A DNA stretch of 64,000 bases from Octopus sinensis (Eukaryota), in assembly GCF_006345805.1 (NCBI RefSeq), contig NC_043012.1, positions 32,550,001-32,614,000 of the forward strand, in the 5' to 3' direction. The notes under the pieces were generated by a model. It worked only from the letters and a program-made list of their open reading frames with translations. It was not told the origin of the DNA and made no database searches. Both the position numbers and the translations under genes were made by a program. Below are positions 1 through 13,777 of the stretch, piece by piece. The number at the start of each line of letters is the position of its first letter. The first letter of the stretch is position 1.

Positions 1-902
1 ATTAAATATAAACCATTAACTTTTGGCTTAGTTGAATAAATAAATACTTCGGTATATTACTGGCGCTTGTTTTATCAATTCTAAAATGTTACTCAGTTTA
101 AACTTGGAATTAGATTCAGTAAAGCATCTGGGTCGACGCTCTCTTATAATACACTCCCCCACTGGCCACCACAACAGAAATCATAAAACAAACAATTACA
201 TCAGTGAAGATGATTTCATATTAATGAAGAGGAGCCGCTACTGCGATCGTGAATTTCTCGAAGTCAATCAAATAACTTCTTAAAAGAAAGTCCTTAGAAT
301 TATAGGGAAAGTAAATGTAGAACTGTTCATAATTTTTGAGAAAAGAAATCGATTCTCTAAATTTAAATCGACAATTTATTAACAGTTTCCGATTAGGAGC
401 GCCATACCTCACAGGAAAGGAAAATAGTATATTTCTTAATTTCTTCGGTATTTTCAGTATTCCAATTTCAATCCTAAATTATAATTATTTTTTATTTCAA
501 ATTTTTTTTTTTACATTTATAACCCCCTTCCCGTATTTTTTTTTCCTTTCCTATAAAGTATGGAGCTCCTAATTAGAATCTCAGTTAATCTATAATTGCA
601 ATTGCATAACAATGACTGCGTAATTATAACGAAACCTTACGCTATCGACCTCATCTCGTTAAAATTAAACTCACAACATATCACAATAGGTACTGTAAAC
701 TATCTAAAGCCACTAACCTCTATACTCTACACTCGCGATAATCATTTTACGTGAACAGGAACCTTCAGATGCATGCAGAGACGGAATGGCAAATGTATCA
801 GTCATATCTCTGTTAATTAAGTGTTTTTAGCGCGAATCAAACGGTTCCATTGGCAAATCGAAATCGGAATCGGATCGACGATGCACTTCACTTAAAACCT
901 AC

Positions 903-1085
903 CACGGCTTCCGTGAAATTTCCAATATCAGAGAAAGGGAAGCTGAGGTGTTGTTAGTGCAACAACACACCTCTTTGAAGTGTACTAACAAGGGTGAAAT
1001 CAGAACTGCGTGACGAAGGCGATTCGCCGTGAAATTACTGCTTTGAACCAAACATAAAACATGAGTAAACGACATTAAGCGCTGC
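903..1085 (-). other. Candidate 183-nt phase-2/2 exon of the same unidentified transcript
   Basis: Acceptor tatttcag| and donor GTG|gtaggt; the frame continuing from 1725-1834 is open throughout; product unrecognised and could be UTR. Confidence 0.3.
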
Positions 1086-1724
1086 CTGAAATAGCAGCAA
1101 ATTCTATTAGAAAGTGAAACCAGATAATTTCGCGCTATTCTGATAAATACTTTCCGAGTATTTTTTCTAAGAGATGATTTTTTAAAAAGTTTTCTTTTTG
1201 TCAATCCATACACATTATATACTACATATGCTCGCTACGTAAGACAGGTTAGGGGTATAAAAAGGTAAAATTAGGGAGACAACAGTTAAGGGGAATAAAC
1301 AAGGGAACCAGAGTAAACAATTCCAGTAAACTACTCCGTCGGAGTCAGCTTCGTCGTTCGATCTTTCGGCATCGATAAAATCTGTATCGATGCAAACGAG
1401 CTTGCTCCATGCCCTAAAAATTGTTGGCCTTGTGCCAAAATTAGAATTATTGTTTGTGTTGTTAAGGCGGCGACCAGGCAGATTATTTGGCGCGTTGAAC
1501 GAAATACTTAGCAGCATTACCGTCTGTCTTTTATGTTCTGACTCCAAATTCCGCCGAAGTCGACAGTACCAGTTGAGCACCTGGGATCGATGGCATCGCC
1601 TAGCCCCACTTCCCACAAAATTTCAGACCTTGTGCCCATTGTAGGATGATTAGTATTGTTATTAAGAAAACAAACGAACGAACAAAAATAAAAATTCAAC
1701 AATAAGAGCAACAAGAACACTTAC

Positions 1725-1834
1725 CTTTTTGAAAACATTTTTCCTTTCTCGAAGTTAGGGTATGAATGTTGGCACTGAGACATGGTGGTCACTCCGCGGT
1801 TTAACGCAGATATCATATCAGAAACACGCTTCAT
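1725..1834 (-). other. Candidate exon end of an unidentified gene (ORF MKRVSDMISALNRGVTTMSQC...MFSK)
   Basis: Strong donor AAG|gtaagt at 1724; ACCATG context at the internal Met; in phase with the exon-like segment 903-1085; no homology recognised. Confidence 0.35.
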
Positions 1835-2007
1835 TTCTACAGCTGTGGTTCACGCACAGGGGACCAAAGAAACTCGTTCCGCTGACAACATGAAAGGGAT
1901 GGCCTCAGGCGAAATGTTAGTACCCGAGGAATTTGGTGAGAAAAAGTTGCAGACGCGTTTGGCACATGTATCTGTCGGTTTGGTCCACCATGGTAGCGAG
2001 AAACAAT

Positions 2008-2024
2008 TATATATATACATATAC

Positions 2025-2090
<66 letters not shown>
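2008..2090. repeat. (TA)n microsatellite; many more (TA)n, (CT)n, (TG)n and (TAT)n tracts across the window
   Basis: Read directly from the sequence. Confidence 0.95.
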
Positions 2091-2092
<2 letters not shown>

Positions 2093-2419
2093 GCGCGCGA
2101 AGAACGGGTACAATTCGGGAAAAGAAAGGGACTTTAGTCAAAGTACGTGGGACCAGTTAGCACCATCCGAAAAGGACAGGACCGCGTCCTTTGAGTTGAC
2201 CACTGCTGTAATAGCAGTGGTTTTATGTTTTTTAAGCTTCATCATCTGCACATTTCCATTCTGTGGCTGTACATTTGTGCATTTACACACGTCGCTGTAC
2301 TGAAGAGGGCTTCTTGCTGCTGCAGTTGGCCGAAAGCCAACCAGGTCAAGTTTTCTGCTTTCCTCTGTCTCATTATAATTATGGAAGGTTCATTAACATA
2401 AGCTTATTGGCAGGGACCT

Positions 2420-2570
2420 TCGATTAACCAATCGAAGGCATCGAACCGTATGACATCAGTGGAACAGAGAATCTGATTATCCAATCAATAAGCATTGACC
2501 GATTTATTAGCATATTGTCATTGGAAGAAGACTAGTGACAACCAATCAGATTGCGTTGACCGACTTTCGC
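2420..2570. promoter_or_regulatory. Three CCAAT-box modules in a degenerate ~55-60 bp repeat
   Basis: CCAATC at ~2428, 2481 and 2542; the last two are followed by TTGACCGA; CpG-rich surroundings. Confidence 0.45.
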
Positions 2571-3289
2571 TTCTGTGCGAGTTCTCACAATGCAATGAAT
2601 ATTATAAGCAAGGCAGGAAGTTTATTTTTTTCCCCCACTGTATTTGTATTTCCTCATCTTCGACATAACATGCCAGTCAGAGTAAAATCACATACAATAA
2701 AATTATATATATATGCCCAATAGAAAAGAATAGATTAATATTAACAAGTACAGACAAATATACAAAGGTAACTACAATTTTATGTGACGTTGAGGAAAAA
2801 ATATCTGAAGAAATCCATAATGAAAGCATATTACAAATAATTTGACAACATAAAAATATTACAACTAACATCAATAGAAAGCTAGCATGAGGTCAGGAAG
2901 ATAGTTGAGTTTAAATAAAAATTGTGTAATCCACACGGCAAGGTCATTTGGTACATTAAAATTTCAGTTATTTAAAGAACAATACCAGGAATAAATGATT
3001 ATATATGCACATGGTTGGATTTTATTAAAATACACATTAAATCATAAGAAAGGCAAACAAACAGGTAGTTTGTGAAGATATCAAATTCCTATTGAATTAC
3101 GCAACCGCAAAATTGTTTCGGAGACGAACTCGAAATTCTTCAAGCATATTTTAGCGCTCAAATATTTACTCATTAAGCGACCGCTCACACAATTCAAAGA
3201 TAAAAGTCGCGCTTCCAAAAGAACGAAGGCTCTTATTTTTAAGTAGCTTTTCCTCTAATCTATTTTTGCTTTTATAAATAACTCTCGAG

Positions 3290-3393
3290 TGTGTGCGCGC
3301 GTGTTTTGTAATATATATATATATATTATGTGTATATAGTGTGTATGTATGTGGAGAGAGAGAGATAGATACATTACACATATAAACATACAC

Positions 3394-3436
<43 letters not shown>

Positions 3437-3850
3437 TGTGTGTGTGTTTACGCACGCGCGCATTGCTGTGCTATCAATGTTGAAGTGCGTGTATATATAT
3501 ATTATATGTTTATAGTGTGTATGTATGTATGTAGAGAGAGAAAGAGATACATACATTACACATATAAACATACACATAACTTCTCTCTCTCTCTCTCTCA
3601 CATATGTGTGTGTGTGTGTGTGTGTATATGTCTACGCACGCGCGCATTGCTGCGCTATCAATGTTGAAGTGCGTGTATATATATATTATATGTGTTTATA
3701 GTGTGTATGTAGAGAGAGAGATACATACATTACACATATAAACATACACAGAATTTCTCTCTCTCTCTCTCTCTCACACACACATATGTGTGTGTGTGTA
3801 TATATGTTTACGCACGCGCGCATTGCTCTGCTATCAATGCTGAAGTGCGC
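3290..3850. repeat. Three tandem ~185-bp units built from microsatellites plus a unique core
   Basis: cgcacgcgcgcattgct..gctatcaatg.tgaagtgcg occurs three times. Confidence 0.85.
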
Positions 3851-5100
3851 GCACCTTAAATATTATATGAAAAGTATGCATGTAATAAACAACTGTAAAC
3901 AATGCAGTTTAAAAAGAAAATGCGATTATGCGTACGCACGAGTATGCGTGTGGCAGTAAGCACTATAAACCAACGCCAATTATTTATCATACTCCTGTTC
4001 TTGATAAATTCAAAAGCTGATAATATAACATTAAAATAGAAGGAATGAGTAATTATGTTTCCCGAAAAGCTATTGTGCCTGCATGCAAAGAAATATTCTT
4101 TTAATAAATGAATAGATATGAATTAAGGGGCTCATGTTGGGTTTAGGAGAGAAGAGAATGACCAGATACTGAAATGAAAGGCTTGCTGAAAAACTTGGAG
4201 CCAAGAGATATTGAAATACCAGTAGACGGGAATAGTGTAATGCCAGAGAAAACGCGAGAGAAATATTTGTGGCATGTCATTGACGGAGAACTGCTCGAGG
4301 TTAAATAAAGTTGTGATGCAGCATATGATGATATCAGAAACACCAACACCGCATCAGTTTTCAATCCCAATCCCAGTTATAAGGGTGTTCACTATACTTT
4401 CCCATCCCTACCAGTTTCTCTCCGACAAAAATAAAGATATCTCACCCGAAAAGTGCGAAATAAAAAACCGACTGAACAGAAAATACGCGCGTATATAAAT
4501 CGTATGTTTATATGTGTGCATACAACTACACACACGCACTCGCGAAATTTTACAGAATTTTGAAAAATTCGAAGTAGTTAAATACTATGTGGAGTACCAT
4601 GCATGCATGCTGGCACGCACAAACACGCGCTCACAGAGAATAGGTGAGAGCTAGATACACTCAGTATAGAAAACACGTAGTAGTGTTCAAATGAATTGAA
4701 CTTAAACACTCGAATCTTCATCAAAGACTAGGTCCATGGTGTGCAGAGTGGCTTTAAGAGAAATCCAGGCAAGCTGATATGGAGATAAAGACAATTAAGC
4801 TTCACACACACACATAGATTGTTCATAATTTGAGGATGGAATGCACAAAAAGTCGTTGAGTATGCAACCAGTAAATGGTCACACAGAGATATTACTATAA
4901 GCTTCCTGAAACAGCTGTCGAGTTAGGAAACTATGTAGTCTCTCCTTAATATTCTTTATTTTTTATGTTCTAAATAAATATATTTGTATATCAATATATA
5001 TATCACAAGCTATCAGATGTTGCTACACATCGCTGGTCACAATGCGCTTCACATTATTTTAGCCTTCAAATGACGCCACCTCGCTGGCTAAGCGAGCAGG

Positions 5101-5160
<60 letters not shown>

Positions 5161-5267
5161 TATATATGTGTGTTTATCTTTGTGAATACATGTAGCTATA
5201 TCTATCTATCTATGTATATATACGTGTGTGTGTGTGCATGTGTCAAGTTTGTGTTTATCTCCATCTT

Positions 5268-5325
<58 letters not shown>

Positions 5326-5789
5326 CACACACACACTCATTCATTATTATGGATATACAAATAGAATACAAATAAGGATTTTGATTCCACTTAAAGGTGA
5401 CTTATGCAGTAATAAATGTGTTAAGAGAGATTATTTTCAGTAAGGAATGAGAAGGTAAAACAGTCAGATATGCAACGAGAAAGAATGTGTGCAATCAAGC
5501 ATGAATGCTAGTTATATATACAACACCACCACACTTTCTTTTTATATCATTCCTTCATAAAACTTCTTTCCACTACCAGTAGATTCTCCTTGAAACGTTA
5601 GCTTAAGTTATAAATAGAACTGAGCAAATATATTCACATATCATTAGAAGGGCACACAATGATTGCCACATTATGGCTAACATATTCAAGTACAGAATCA
5701 AAATACAACACAAAGATTAATTACAGATTCCTTGAAAAAACTTATATAGAAAGCATGTGAAACTGTCGAAGGATTTTTTCTTGTATGTG

Positions 5790-6042
5790 CATCATCATCA
5801 TCATCATCATCGTTTAACGTCCGTTTTCCATGCTAGCATGGGTTGGACGACTCGACCGGGGTCTGGGAACCAGGAGGCTGCACCAGGCTCCAGTCTGATC
5901 TGGCAGTGTTTCTACAGCTGGGTGCCCTTCCTAACGCCAACCACTCCATGAGTGTAGTGGGTGCTTTTTACGTGCCAGGGGAGGCTGGCAACGGCCACAA
6001 TTGGTTGGTGCTTTTTACGTGCCACCGGCACGGAAGCCAGTC
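5790..6042 (-). mobile_element. SINE family A
   Basis: (CAT)n followed by the reverse complement of the family A core. Confidence 0.85.
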
Positions 6043-6094
6043 GAGATAGTGCTGACATGTGTGTAGAAATAATGTATATATGTATACATGTATA

Positions 6095-6830
6095 TTGGCT
6101 GTGTGGTAGGAAGCTTGCTTCCCAACCACATAGTTCAGGGTTCAGTCCTCCTGCATAGCACCTTGGCAAATGTGTTCTACAATAGCCAAAGGCTAACCAA
6201 AGCCTTATGAGTGGATTTGATAGACAGAAAGTGAAAGCCCATCATATGTGTGTGTGTGTGTGTATTTTTGTGTCTGTGTGCCACCTACTCTCCCCCTCAC
6301 CAACCAGTATTGCTGCATTTACATCCCTGTAACTTAGCAGTTTGGCAAAAGAGACCAAGAGTATAACTACTAGGCTGGGGTCAATTTCTTTGACTAAAAC
6401 CCTTTAAAACAATGCTCCAGCATGGCCACAGACAAATGACTGAAACAAGCAAAAGAATACAATAATGTGTGTGTATGTGTGTGTATACCTGTATGTATTG
6501 CATGACACCTTTGGTAAGTGTCTGCTACTATAGCCTCAAGCCGACCAAAACCATGTGAGTAAATTTGGCTGACAGAAACTCAAAAGAAGCCGAAACTATA
6601 TGCGTGTGTGTTTGTGTCCTGTTTGTCCTCTACCAGTGCTTGACAGCCAGTGTTGGTTTGTTTATGTTTCTGTAACTTAGCTGTTCACAAGACAGATTGA
6701 TTGAATAAGTACCAGGTTTAAAAAAAAAAAAAAATGAAAAACATCCTGGAGTCAGTTTAACTAAACTTCTTCAAGGCAGTGCCCCAGCATGGCCACAGTC
6801 TAATGACTGAAACAAGTAAAAGATTGAAAG
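6095..6830 (+). mobile_element. Two tandem SINE family C copies
   Basis: Match to 41088-41470. Confidence 0.7.
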
Positions 6831-6839
6831 ATATGTATG

Positions 6840-6871
<32 letters not shown>

Positions 6872-7717
6872 TATATGTATGTATATAGATGTACACACAC
6901 GTAGAAAATAGATCAGTAGCATGCCCTTGCACTGAAAAATGCAAAGGGTGTGTCTACTAAATATTAGATATTCACATTATAACAATTACTAAATAATTTG
7001 AACATATAATTTCAAATATACATAAATTTTAACGATTATAAGGGCATCTATTCACTTCTGTCATGTCTGTGCATAACTCATACATGTACACATAATGATG
7101 CCGGCACATTATATATACCAAATTTTACGAGGCAACAGATTCAGTCTTGAGGCTTCAATGGAAAACATTTGTCCAAGGGCTATAGAATTAGAGTGAACCT
7201 TGGAATCATAGATTCAAAGTGAACTTCTTAACCAGATGGCTATGCTTACACACACAATCTGTGTGTGTGTGTGTGCATGTGTATTATCTATAACCCAAAC
7301 AGTCAACTGAAAGTATTGTTAATACAGAAACCTTATAACAAATGATTAGGTATTTTGTTTTATCAGATTATTTCATAGACATGCAGAATTTTAGAAATGA
7401 TTAGAATTCTATATAAATAGAGGAAGACTAACAAATTTTATAATTACTGGCGTAATTTCTTACTGAACTCTGGTAATGCTGAGTTTTTGCTGCCACTAAA
7501 CAATAAGAAATACACAGCAACAGTGTAAAATACTAAGAGGATAGTAATATCAATGCTTATTGTATTTCTACTTTCACAAAGACAGCCTGTTTTCACAGTA
7601 ATACAATAGATTTGTTTAAAATAGCACTATATAAAAATATATCTTTTTAACAAGGCACAAAACAATGTTTCATAAATTTGAACTAACCAGAACAAGTTTG
7701 TGTTATTGGTTCCTTTT

Positions 7718-8230
7718 CATCATCATCGTTTAACATCCGCTTTCCATGCTAGCATGGGTTGGACGAATGACTGAGGGCTGGCAAACCAGATGGCTGCACC
7801 AGGCTTCAATCTTGATCTGGCAGAGTTTCTACAGCTGGATGCCCTTCCTAACGCCAACCACTCCAAGGGTGTAGTGAGTGCTTTTACGTGCCAGTCAGGC
7901 GCTATTGGCAGCAACCTCGCTCGAATCTTTTACACATGCCACCGGCACAGGTGCCAGTAAGGCGATGCTGGTAATGATCACGCTTGAATGGTGTCTTTTA
8001 CGTGCCACCGGCACGGATGCCAGATAGCTGCTCTGGCAATGATCACGCTCGGATGGTGCTCTTAGCACCCTACTAGCACGGGGCTCGAGTGCCAGTAAGG
8101 CATGCTGGTAACGATCATGCTCGAATAGTGCCTTTGAAGTGCCAGTGGCACGGAAGCCGGTTAGCTGCTATGTCAATGATCACACTCGTATGGTGCTCTT
8201 TGCACCCTGCTAGCATGGACGCCAGTCATC
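7718..8230 (-). mobile_element. SINE family A with an expanded internal ~60-bp tandem array
   Basis: Repeated gatcacgctcg.atggtg..ttt....gccag units at 7910-8225. Confidence 0.75.
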
Positions 8231-8998
8231 GAATTTGATTTTGATTTTTGATTTCATTATTATTGTATATTTGATTTTATTATTGTATTATTTGATTTTA
8301 TTATTATTGTATATTTTAATTCTCAGAGCTCTCAATTTCACTTGCTCTGGCTAATTCTCTCAGCAAACCTGTTGCCAAGGGTCTCTCAGGGTCTTCTTCC
8401 ACAATACTTAACATTCAAGTACCAGTCTCAAAATCCTCACTATCCTCAATAAAGAAGTTTTCCAAGCGTTTTACCCTCATGCCAATCCCAATTGCTCCAA
8501 CAAATTTCTCAAACCAGCAACAGCACTAACTCCAAAAGTAACAGCAAAACTACCACCACCACTACAGCAACAATACTAGCAAATAAGTACGACAACAATG
8601 ATTTTAATGATAACAATAACAATAAGAGTCTTATTATAAAAAAAAAAAAGTCATTTAATTTTTCTCTTTTTGCAAGCTGTGCAGCTCAGAGTACTGGGTT
8701 GGTGTCCAACACAGGAGAGCTCACTTAAATTTTTAAGGACACAGGAGCCCCTTTGAGTCTTCTGAGGCAAGCCCCTCAAAAGACAGTGTCTTGATAAAAA
8801 TATTGGTGCTTGTGACACTTTATCATCACTTTCCTCAGTATAAAAGTAATGGCTAAAAGAATACAGGGTGGGTGAAAAGTTATGCATAAGTTCAATTCAC
8901 TCTGGAATTGCCAAAGACATGCTTAAAATTTTTCTAAAATTGAATAAAATAAAATAAATAATGATGAATACACACGTACTTGTATATGATGAACAAAA

Positions 8999-9031
<33 letters not shown>

Positions 9032-10378
9032 TAATACAAATAAAATTTTAAATATTTTGATGTGTGACTTTTGGCACACCCTGTACAATGGTATAAATGA
9101 TGATGGAACTCTGGGTGGTGGACTCCCACCCAACATGTTTCCTGTGGGTGAACAGTACAGGATCGGTTGTCATTATACAGCTGCCAGAACAGAATGATCT
9201 AAGCTGTCATGGAATGGTATATTTATTATAAGGCAGTAAGCTGGTAGAATTGTTAGCAGCATTTCATCTTTCTTTACATTCTGAGTTCAAATCCTGTCAC
9301 ACTTACTTCAAAGAAATGACAAAGCGAGAGAGAGGAGGACAGAGAGGAAGTAAGAGAGAGAGAGAAAGAGAGGAAGTAAGAGAGAGAGAGAATGAGAGAA
9401 AGTGAGAGTGAGTGAGAAAAAGAGACAGTGAAAGAGAGAGAATGAAAGAAACAGTGAGTGGTGACAATGTTCGTTTTGTGTTTTTAAACGTTTCAGAGAG
9501 GACGTAAGAGAGAAAGAGGGTGAGAGGGAGAGAGGTGAGAGAGTGAAAGAGACAATGAGTGGTGACGGCGTTCATTTTGTGTTTTTAAATGTTTTATCAC
9601 ATCATAAGAGTAGATACATAGACACATTGTTAAATCGAAAGTGGGAGACAAAGGATAGTAGACACATAAATCCAAAGAAAAGTTCATAAATAGATACATA
9701 CACACAGCAAATATTGGATGTCAATTTCACTTTTCATTACCACATGAGGATAAAATTAACTCACAAATGGCTGAGTATTCCACAGACATGCATAACATTA
9801 ACGTAGTTCTCAGGGAGATTTAGCCTCACACAGAATATGACAAGGCTAGCTACTTTGAATTATAGCTCCAACTCAAGACATATAAGAAATGTATTTGCAT
9901 ATGTGTATAGTTTAGGTTAGTTAAAACATGTTTGTAATTAAGTGTCGCATGGTGGAAATAAACGCAATTACCAATCTTTTATTCGTAAATCCATTTATTA
10001 TTTTGTTCTTTTGCATTTCAGTTTGTACATTTGTTCTTTGAATATGTACGATGTATTTTAAGGTTAAATAGTAATTCCATTTACGTTTGTGTAACAGATA
10101 TTTTGGTTGGATTATATAGTCATTGGTGTTACATTACTTTCTATATTCTGTAACTGTCACAATACACTTTTCTAGGTCTGAATTTTTTGTGGGGAGGGGG
10201 CCAGTTGATTAGATCGACCCCGAAAGGACGAAAGGCAAAGTCGATCTTGGCAGAATTTGAACTCAGAATATAAAGACAGATGGTTATGATATACAAACAT
10301 TTCTCATGGCACCAGTACACTCTTTACATTTTTTTGTTTTTCGTGAATTTTTCACGGGTCCACCTAGTAATTATTATT

Positions 10379-10413
<35 letters not shown>

Positions 10414-11305
10414 TATTGGGCAGCAAGCTGGCAGAATCATTGGCAGCATTTCATCCATCTTTATGTTCTGCGTTTAAATCCACCAAGGTTGATTTTGCCT
10501 TTCATGCTTTTGGGACTGATAAAATAAGTACTAGCTGAACACTAGTCCCTCTACTAAAAATTTCAGGCCTTGTGCCTAGAGTAGAAAGAATTATTATCAT
10601 TATGTTTTAATCAGTCATACATGTGTTTGTGTGAGTCCAAATTGAATTTCTGGCATAAAATGAATATGAATAATTAATAAGAGTAAATTAATGTATAAGT
10701 GTTTGCTAAGCAACAAAGAGAGATGAAGATGATGATGCGTTAGAGTTTGTAAATTTTATGACGTTTTGCCCGAGCTGGCAAAATCGTTAACACGCCGGGC
10801 AAAATGCTTAACGGAATTTCGTTTGTCTTTATGTTCTGAGTTCAAACTCCGCCGAGGTCGCCTTTGCCTTTTGTACTTGTTGGCCTGTGCTAAATTTTGA
10901 AACGGAATTTTATGACGTTACACAACTATTGTACATGATGTAAAAGATCAATAAAAGCTTGTAGACAGATTGACAGATGTGTATGTATATACGTGCGTGA
11001 GTGTGTGTGTATATCATCTTATAAGTTTACACAACGCAAAAATTTGGACACAAACGGTAAGACTGCTGGATAGACAAACTGTTACAGGGGAGGTAAAACA
11101 AATGTAAGTTATGTCCCTTTAAAATGTTATCTGCTAATGAAAATAGGAAAACCCGGGAAATATAAATGTGACAAATGGAATAAAATACAAAAATATACAA
11201 GATAAGCATGAAAGAGGGGTGGGGAGAAGAAATCTAAAATGTGTTGTTGTCTAGATTAATTAACGTAGGAACACATACACTCTCCATTTATAATACACAC
11301 ACACA

Positions 11306-11348
<43 letters not shown>

Positions 11349-11576
11349 AAATACAAAATGGGACAAGAACGCAAAACATCTGGACAACTAAGTGATACAA
11401 AAAAGAACAACAAAACATCCAGATAGACGATACAAAAAGACAAGGACGGGTCATTCGAAGCCTTTTATCTTCAGTCAAGAACCGGATCACCCGGAGAGAG
11501 AGAATTTCCCGGCCAACTTTAGATTTGCACTGACCAATATTAGATTTGTATCGACCAATATATTTGTATCAATCAA

Positions 11577-12030
11577 CTAGCCTGGCGTTGCTCGGGTTTG
11601 TTTCGACCCTTTAGAATTGGAATTTTTGAAAAGTAAAAATTTTGCATAGTGTAGCTTGTTATTCTCTTTAAGTGAACATTTTTCTGGTTGAAATGCACTG
11701 AAAAATGGCGACACAGCAGTAAAAAAATCGTAAAAAATAGACGTGAAAATAGATTCAGGAAATCGTGAATTGGATGAAAATTTCATAGAATAGAATTACT
11801 GATAGTTGCATTGCCAACGCAATATGAGCAGGGTACTTGGACAAAAAAGCGATCATTTAAGGAAAGTTATATTGCCAAACATGAGAGATTGGAGTCCATG
11901 ATTCTACAGGAAATGGATTTGCAAAAAATTCAGTCTGAAGTTTGGTGTTTGATGGTTTATAACGATGTTCCAGAATAGGACGAAATGACTGTACTTGACT
12001 AAAAACAAGAAGCAAATAAATAAACTTTTG
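11577..12030 (-). mobile_element. Helitron-like remnant
   Basis: CTAG plus the cctggcgttgctcggg hairpin, shared with the 43611 element; the far boundary is uncertain. Confidence 0.45.
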
Positions 12031-13179
12031 ATAACTAAAAACAGGAGTTTCTTTTCGACAATTTTTTTGATTTACACGAGGACATCAGACTTTTTGTCTT
12101 CCTTGGATTTTTTTCGCAAAAATATGACATCCCTCCCAAAAATGCCCTAGTGCATTTTTTGGATGCAAAATTAAAATAAAGCTGGGTTTTGTTTTCAGGG
12201 AAACACAGTATGTATATATATATATATATAAATATATACATATTGATGCCAGTGCTGCTTTGACTGGCTTCCGTGCCAGTGCCACGTAAAAAACACCATC
12301 CGATCATGGTTGATGCCAGCTCCCCTAGCCCCTGTGCCGGCGGCACATAAAAAGCACCCACTACACTCTCGGAGTGGTTGACGTTAGGAAGGGCATCCAC
12401 TGCCAGACCCGATTGGGGCCTGGTGCAGCCTCCTGGCTTCACAGACCCTAGTCAAACCGTCCAACCCATGCCATCATGGAAAACGGACGTTAAACGATGA
12501 TGATGATATGTATATATGATCAGATTGGAGCCTGGTGCAGCTGCTGCACCAGGCAACAAAAGAATGAAAGAGATCTCAATATTATGTAAATAGAGGAATT
12601 TATCTGTAAATGTAATATGTGAAGGCTAGAATTAACACAGCAGAGCATTTAATTGTGTCCAGTATTGTGCATCTGGCTTTGGCCTCAGATCCTACATGAG
12701 GGTACACAAATGAACAAAGTACTAGGTTGGACTGTATCGACTACAATAATCTTTCATTCATTCATATGTATGGCATTGATGAGCAGAAAAAACTGAAATA
12801 CTGATATATGTGTCATTTTTGTTCCCTTCCAGGGCAGTATTGTTTTGCTCAGCTTTGAAATATATTTTTTTTAACACTATACATTTTTAAATGGATCTCT
12901 ATCAGACGTAGTGCTGAAGCTACAAGTGTTTAACAACATACATATTAAGTAATTGATATTGATAATGCTTACATTACTGAGCTGCTATCAACACCAAGTT
13001 TGAGTTTTGTTCTATCTTGTGTGGTGCTATCACACATCAGCAAATAGATTTTACACTATTTGTATATACTTCTAGCTGGTTATTAGATTTCATTTCAGAA
13101 GCAAGGTGAGTATATGGAATTGACAAGCAAAAAAACTGTGAAAGATTGATAGCTGTCGTTCTTGTTCACTTCCAGGTTT

Positions 13180-13226
13180 GCTTTTAACTGGTAGCAATTG
13201 CATGTGCAAGTTGTTTGCAAGACATC
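13180..13226 (+). mobile_element. Short 3'-tail remnant of the same Hero-like element
   Basis: 47 bp near-identical to 51122-51168. Confidence 0.6.
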
Positions 13227-13777
13227 AGCTTTGAAGTTTACCACAGCTACAAGAATTAAACAACACACACACATTGATAATGTTTTAACATCATCATCAC
13301 TTAACATTCATTTTTCCATGCTGGCATGGGTTGGATGGTCTGACTAGAGCTGGTATGGCCGAGGGAAAGGGGTGTACTAGCTCCATTGTTCCGGCATGGT
13401 TTCTACAGCTGGACACCTTTCCTAATGCCAAACACTTTACAGTGTACTGGGTAGTTTTGATGTGGCACTAGCACCAGTGCTTTTAATGTGGCACCAGCAC
13501 ACGGGTTTTTTACATGGAACCAGCATCAGTATCAATTCTGCTGTTGTGGTGGATGGGTCTTCTAGAGTACAGTGAGGCATCAAATATCTCAGTCCTTTGT
13601 CATCTCCTTCTTACAGAGTTGTTGCTACATATAACTGAACATGGGTATTACAAACTAATACATACTAACACTGACACAGAAACAAGACAACTTTGGTGAT
13701 TTCCTGAAAATCAAACATAATTTAGGTACAAGGCAGTGTGAATGAGTACAATTGTATCCAAGCGTAGAGTAACTTAC

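Noticed and set aside
899-1213. ORF ending in KPW, considered as an ODC/AZIN-type regulatory uORF or an antizyme frameshift site
   Set aside because: No PPW..PS motif, no UCC-UGA site with a downstream antizyme ORF2, and no ODC-like coding sequence in view.
1782-2303. 173-aa plus-strand ORF
   Set aside because: Held open by a (TA)n tract (YIYIYI); no recognisable domain.
2295-2365. CTGAAGAG...CCGAAAG hammerhead-like words
   Set aside because: No UH triplet gives both stem I and stem III pairing in register.
5757-6169. Many 60-130 aa ORFs sharing FLQLDALPNANH or WQSFYSWMPFL
   Set aside because: These are translations of SINE family A copies, not a protein family.
7870-8230. Regular ~60-bp repeats superficially like a CRISPR array
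   Set aside because: Eukaryotic context, the whole unit repeats with no unique spacers, it is internal to SINE family A, and there are no cas genes.
8330-8520. Minus-strand KTSLLRIVRILRLVL, like the C-terminus of R4/Dong-type LINEs
   Set aside because: Too short and degenerate to support a call.
11440-11485. Minus-strand CTGAAGA...CGAAT in a Penelope-like remnant
   Set aside because: Lacks GAAA and supporting stems.
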